NCBI GenBank assembly: GCA_013265495.1
Contig: MU058781.1
Location: 4,031,050 to 4,095,049 of the forward strand
Direction: 5' to 3'
DNA: 64,000 nt
Origin: Vicugna vicugna
Lineage: Eukaryota
Positions 62,330-64,000 of the stretch are shown one piece after another (positions within the stretch are counted from its first letter, which is position 1; each line of letters begins with the position of its first letter). Under the pieces are notes generated by a model that had not been told where the DNA came from, ran no database searches, and worked only from the letters and a program-made list of their open reading frames with translations. A program made the translations under genes and the position numbers.

Positions 62330-64000
62330 TGAGATGACAAAAAAGCATCTGACAAAATTCAACAGCCATTTATAGATTAAAAACTCTGAAAAAAAACACC
62401 CTCTAAAATCCGGAGAAGGACAAAAACAAAAATCCTACCACTAACATCAGACTTAATGAAGACCTGTTGAACACATTTTATTTATGATGAGCAACAGGAC
62501 AAAAACACCTGCTTTTATCACTTCTATTCAACATTGTACTGAAGGTTCTGGCCACTGTAATAAGGCAAGAAAAAGAAAGGAAAGACATAAAGATCAGAAA
62601 AGAAGAAATGATCTGTCCTGAAATAGAAATGACATGATTGTACACATAGAAAATCCTAAGGAATCTACAAAGTAATGCTAGAAATAACGAAAAAGTTTAT
62701 CAGACTTGCAGGATACAGGTCAATATATAAAAATCATTTTTATTCTTATATACTAATAGCAAACAAATTAAAATAAAATTTAAAAATTTATTTAAAATAA
62801 AATTTAAAAATTCACAATAGCACCAACACAGTGGGTGAAAAGCTTAGTGGCAGAGCATGTGCTTGGCATGTATGAGGTTCTGGATTCAATCTTCAGTGCC
62901 TCTGTTAAGGGGGAAAATACTTGGAAATGGATTAAACAAAATAATTTTTTTAAAAGCTAAGAGTTATTTAAGAAGACTTAAATTAATGAAGAGATATACT
63001 ATATTCAAGAACTTTCTTTCTTGAATCAAGAATTCAGTATTGTTAAGATGTCAGTTGTCTACAGATAGATTCAATGCATTCCCATTCAAAATCCCAGAAG
63101 ACTTTTTTTAATAGAAATTGACAAACTAGTTCTAAAGTTTATATGTAAATGCAAATGACTTAGAGTAGCCAAAAAAAAAAAAAAACCTTTAAAAAAGGAC
63201 AAAGTTGGAAAACCATCTGACTTCAAGATTTACTGTAAAGCTATGAAAGTGAAGATATTGCATTATAATAGACAAATAGATCAATGGAATAGAATGGGGT
63301 ACAGAAATAGGCCCACACACATATGGTCACTCAATTTTTTACTGAAGTGCCAAGCAAATTAGGTGGAGAAAGGAGCTTTTTCAACAAAATTACTGGAATA
63401 ACTGGATATTCACATGCAAAATTAAAAATTAACTTTGGTCGTCACACTGTAGACAAAAATCAACTCAAAATGGATCATACACCTAAATGAAAACCCTAAA
63501 ACGATTAAATTCTTAGAAGAAAACAGAATGAAACCTTTGCGACTTTGGTTTAGGAAAAGATTTTTTAAGTTACAGCAAAAGAAACCCAACCCATACAAGA
63601 AAAAAATGACAAATTGGACTTCATCAAAATGAAGAACTTCTGTTCTTAGGAAAACACAGCTGAGAGAATGAAAAAAAAAAAGAAGACAAGCCATATACTT
63701 AGAGAAAACATTTACAAATCACATATCTGATAAAAGGTTTATCCAGAACATATAAAAAAAACTCTCAGAACTCAAGAAAACAAGCAATCCAACAACAATG
63801 AAATTGAGTAAAGATTTGAACAGACACACCATCAAAGAAGATACAGAGATGGAAAACAAACACATGAAAAAATGTTCAGCATCATTAGTTATTGGAGAAG
63901 TACGAAGTAAAACCACAGTGAGATAGCATTTTACTAGAATGGCTAAAATAAAAATCTGATAACATCAAATGTAGACAAAGATGTGGAGCAACTAGAAGTC
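62330..64000 (+). mobile_element. Old L1M ORF2 region, degraded and running off the window
   Basis: AAAAGCATCTGACAAAATTCAACAGCCATT..CACTTCTATTCAACATTGTACTGAAGGTTCTGGCCA..GATGTCAGTT..AATAGATCAATGGAATAGAAT..AAAATGTTCAGCATCATTAGTTATT; many stops and frameshifts. Confidence 0.95.
62831..62917 (+). mobile_element. Diverged tRNA-Ala-derived SINE inserted in L1
   Basis: GTGGGTGAAAAGCTTAGTGGCAGAGCATGTGCTTGGCATGTATGAGGTTCTGGATTCAATCTTCAGTGCCTC is homologous to the 39793 copy. Confidence 0.85.

Noticed and set aside
1..64000. Window-wide AP-1 enrichment
   Set aside because: About 12 TGA(C/G)TCA seen against about 8 expected by chance, which is not convincing outside local clusters.
1..64000. CRISPR array, operon, NUMT, intact ERV or other novel coding system
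   Set aside because: I saw no spaced repeat array, gene-dense block, mitochondrial-like segment or gag/pol/env sequence.

Overview
Mammalian non-coding DNA, probably from a camelid. The basis is three tRNA-Ala-derived SINE copies resembling camelid Vic-1 and two internally deleted Tigger1 copies, with no Alu, BovB/Bov-tA, PRE1 or CAN-SINE recognised. I found no recognisable host protein-coding exon; the only convincing protein homology is LINE-1 ORF2. The window is centred on a CpG-island promoter (~31.15-32.3 kb) carrying GC boxes, a CACGTG E-box, RFX-like half-sites, a CCAAT box, twin MEF2-like sites and a CTCF-like motif. It probably fires leftwards, which would make the left half 5' intron of a gene I cannot name. 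The rest is dense in old repeats (MIR, L2, MLT1, LTR33, MER5A/33/58/102, L1M), with a few young TSD-flanked insertions. The best leads are a GGAATG (TEAD-type) plus AP-1 cluster at 18.7-20.7 kb, a tRNA-like SINE copy followed by a T11 Pol III-type terminator, and small orphan CpG-rich patches. I see no evidence of a novel coding system. Repeat subfamily names and boundaries were assigned by eye from remembered consensus sequences and are approximate.
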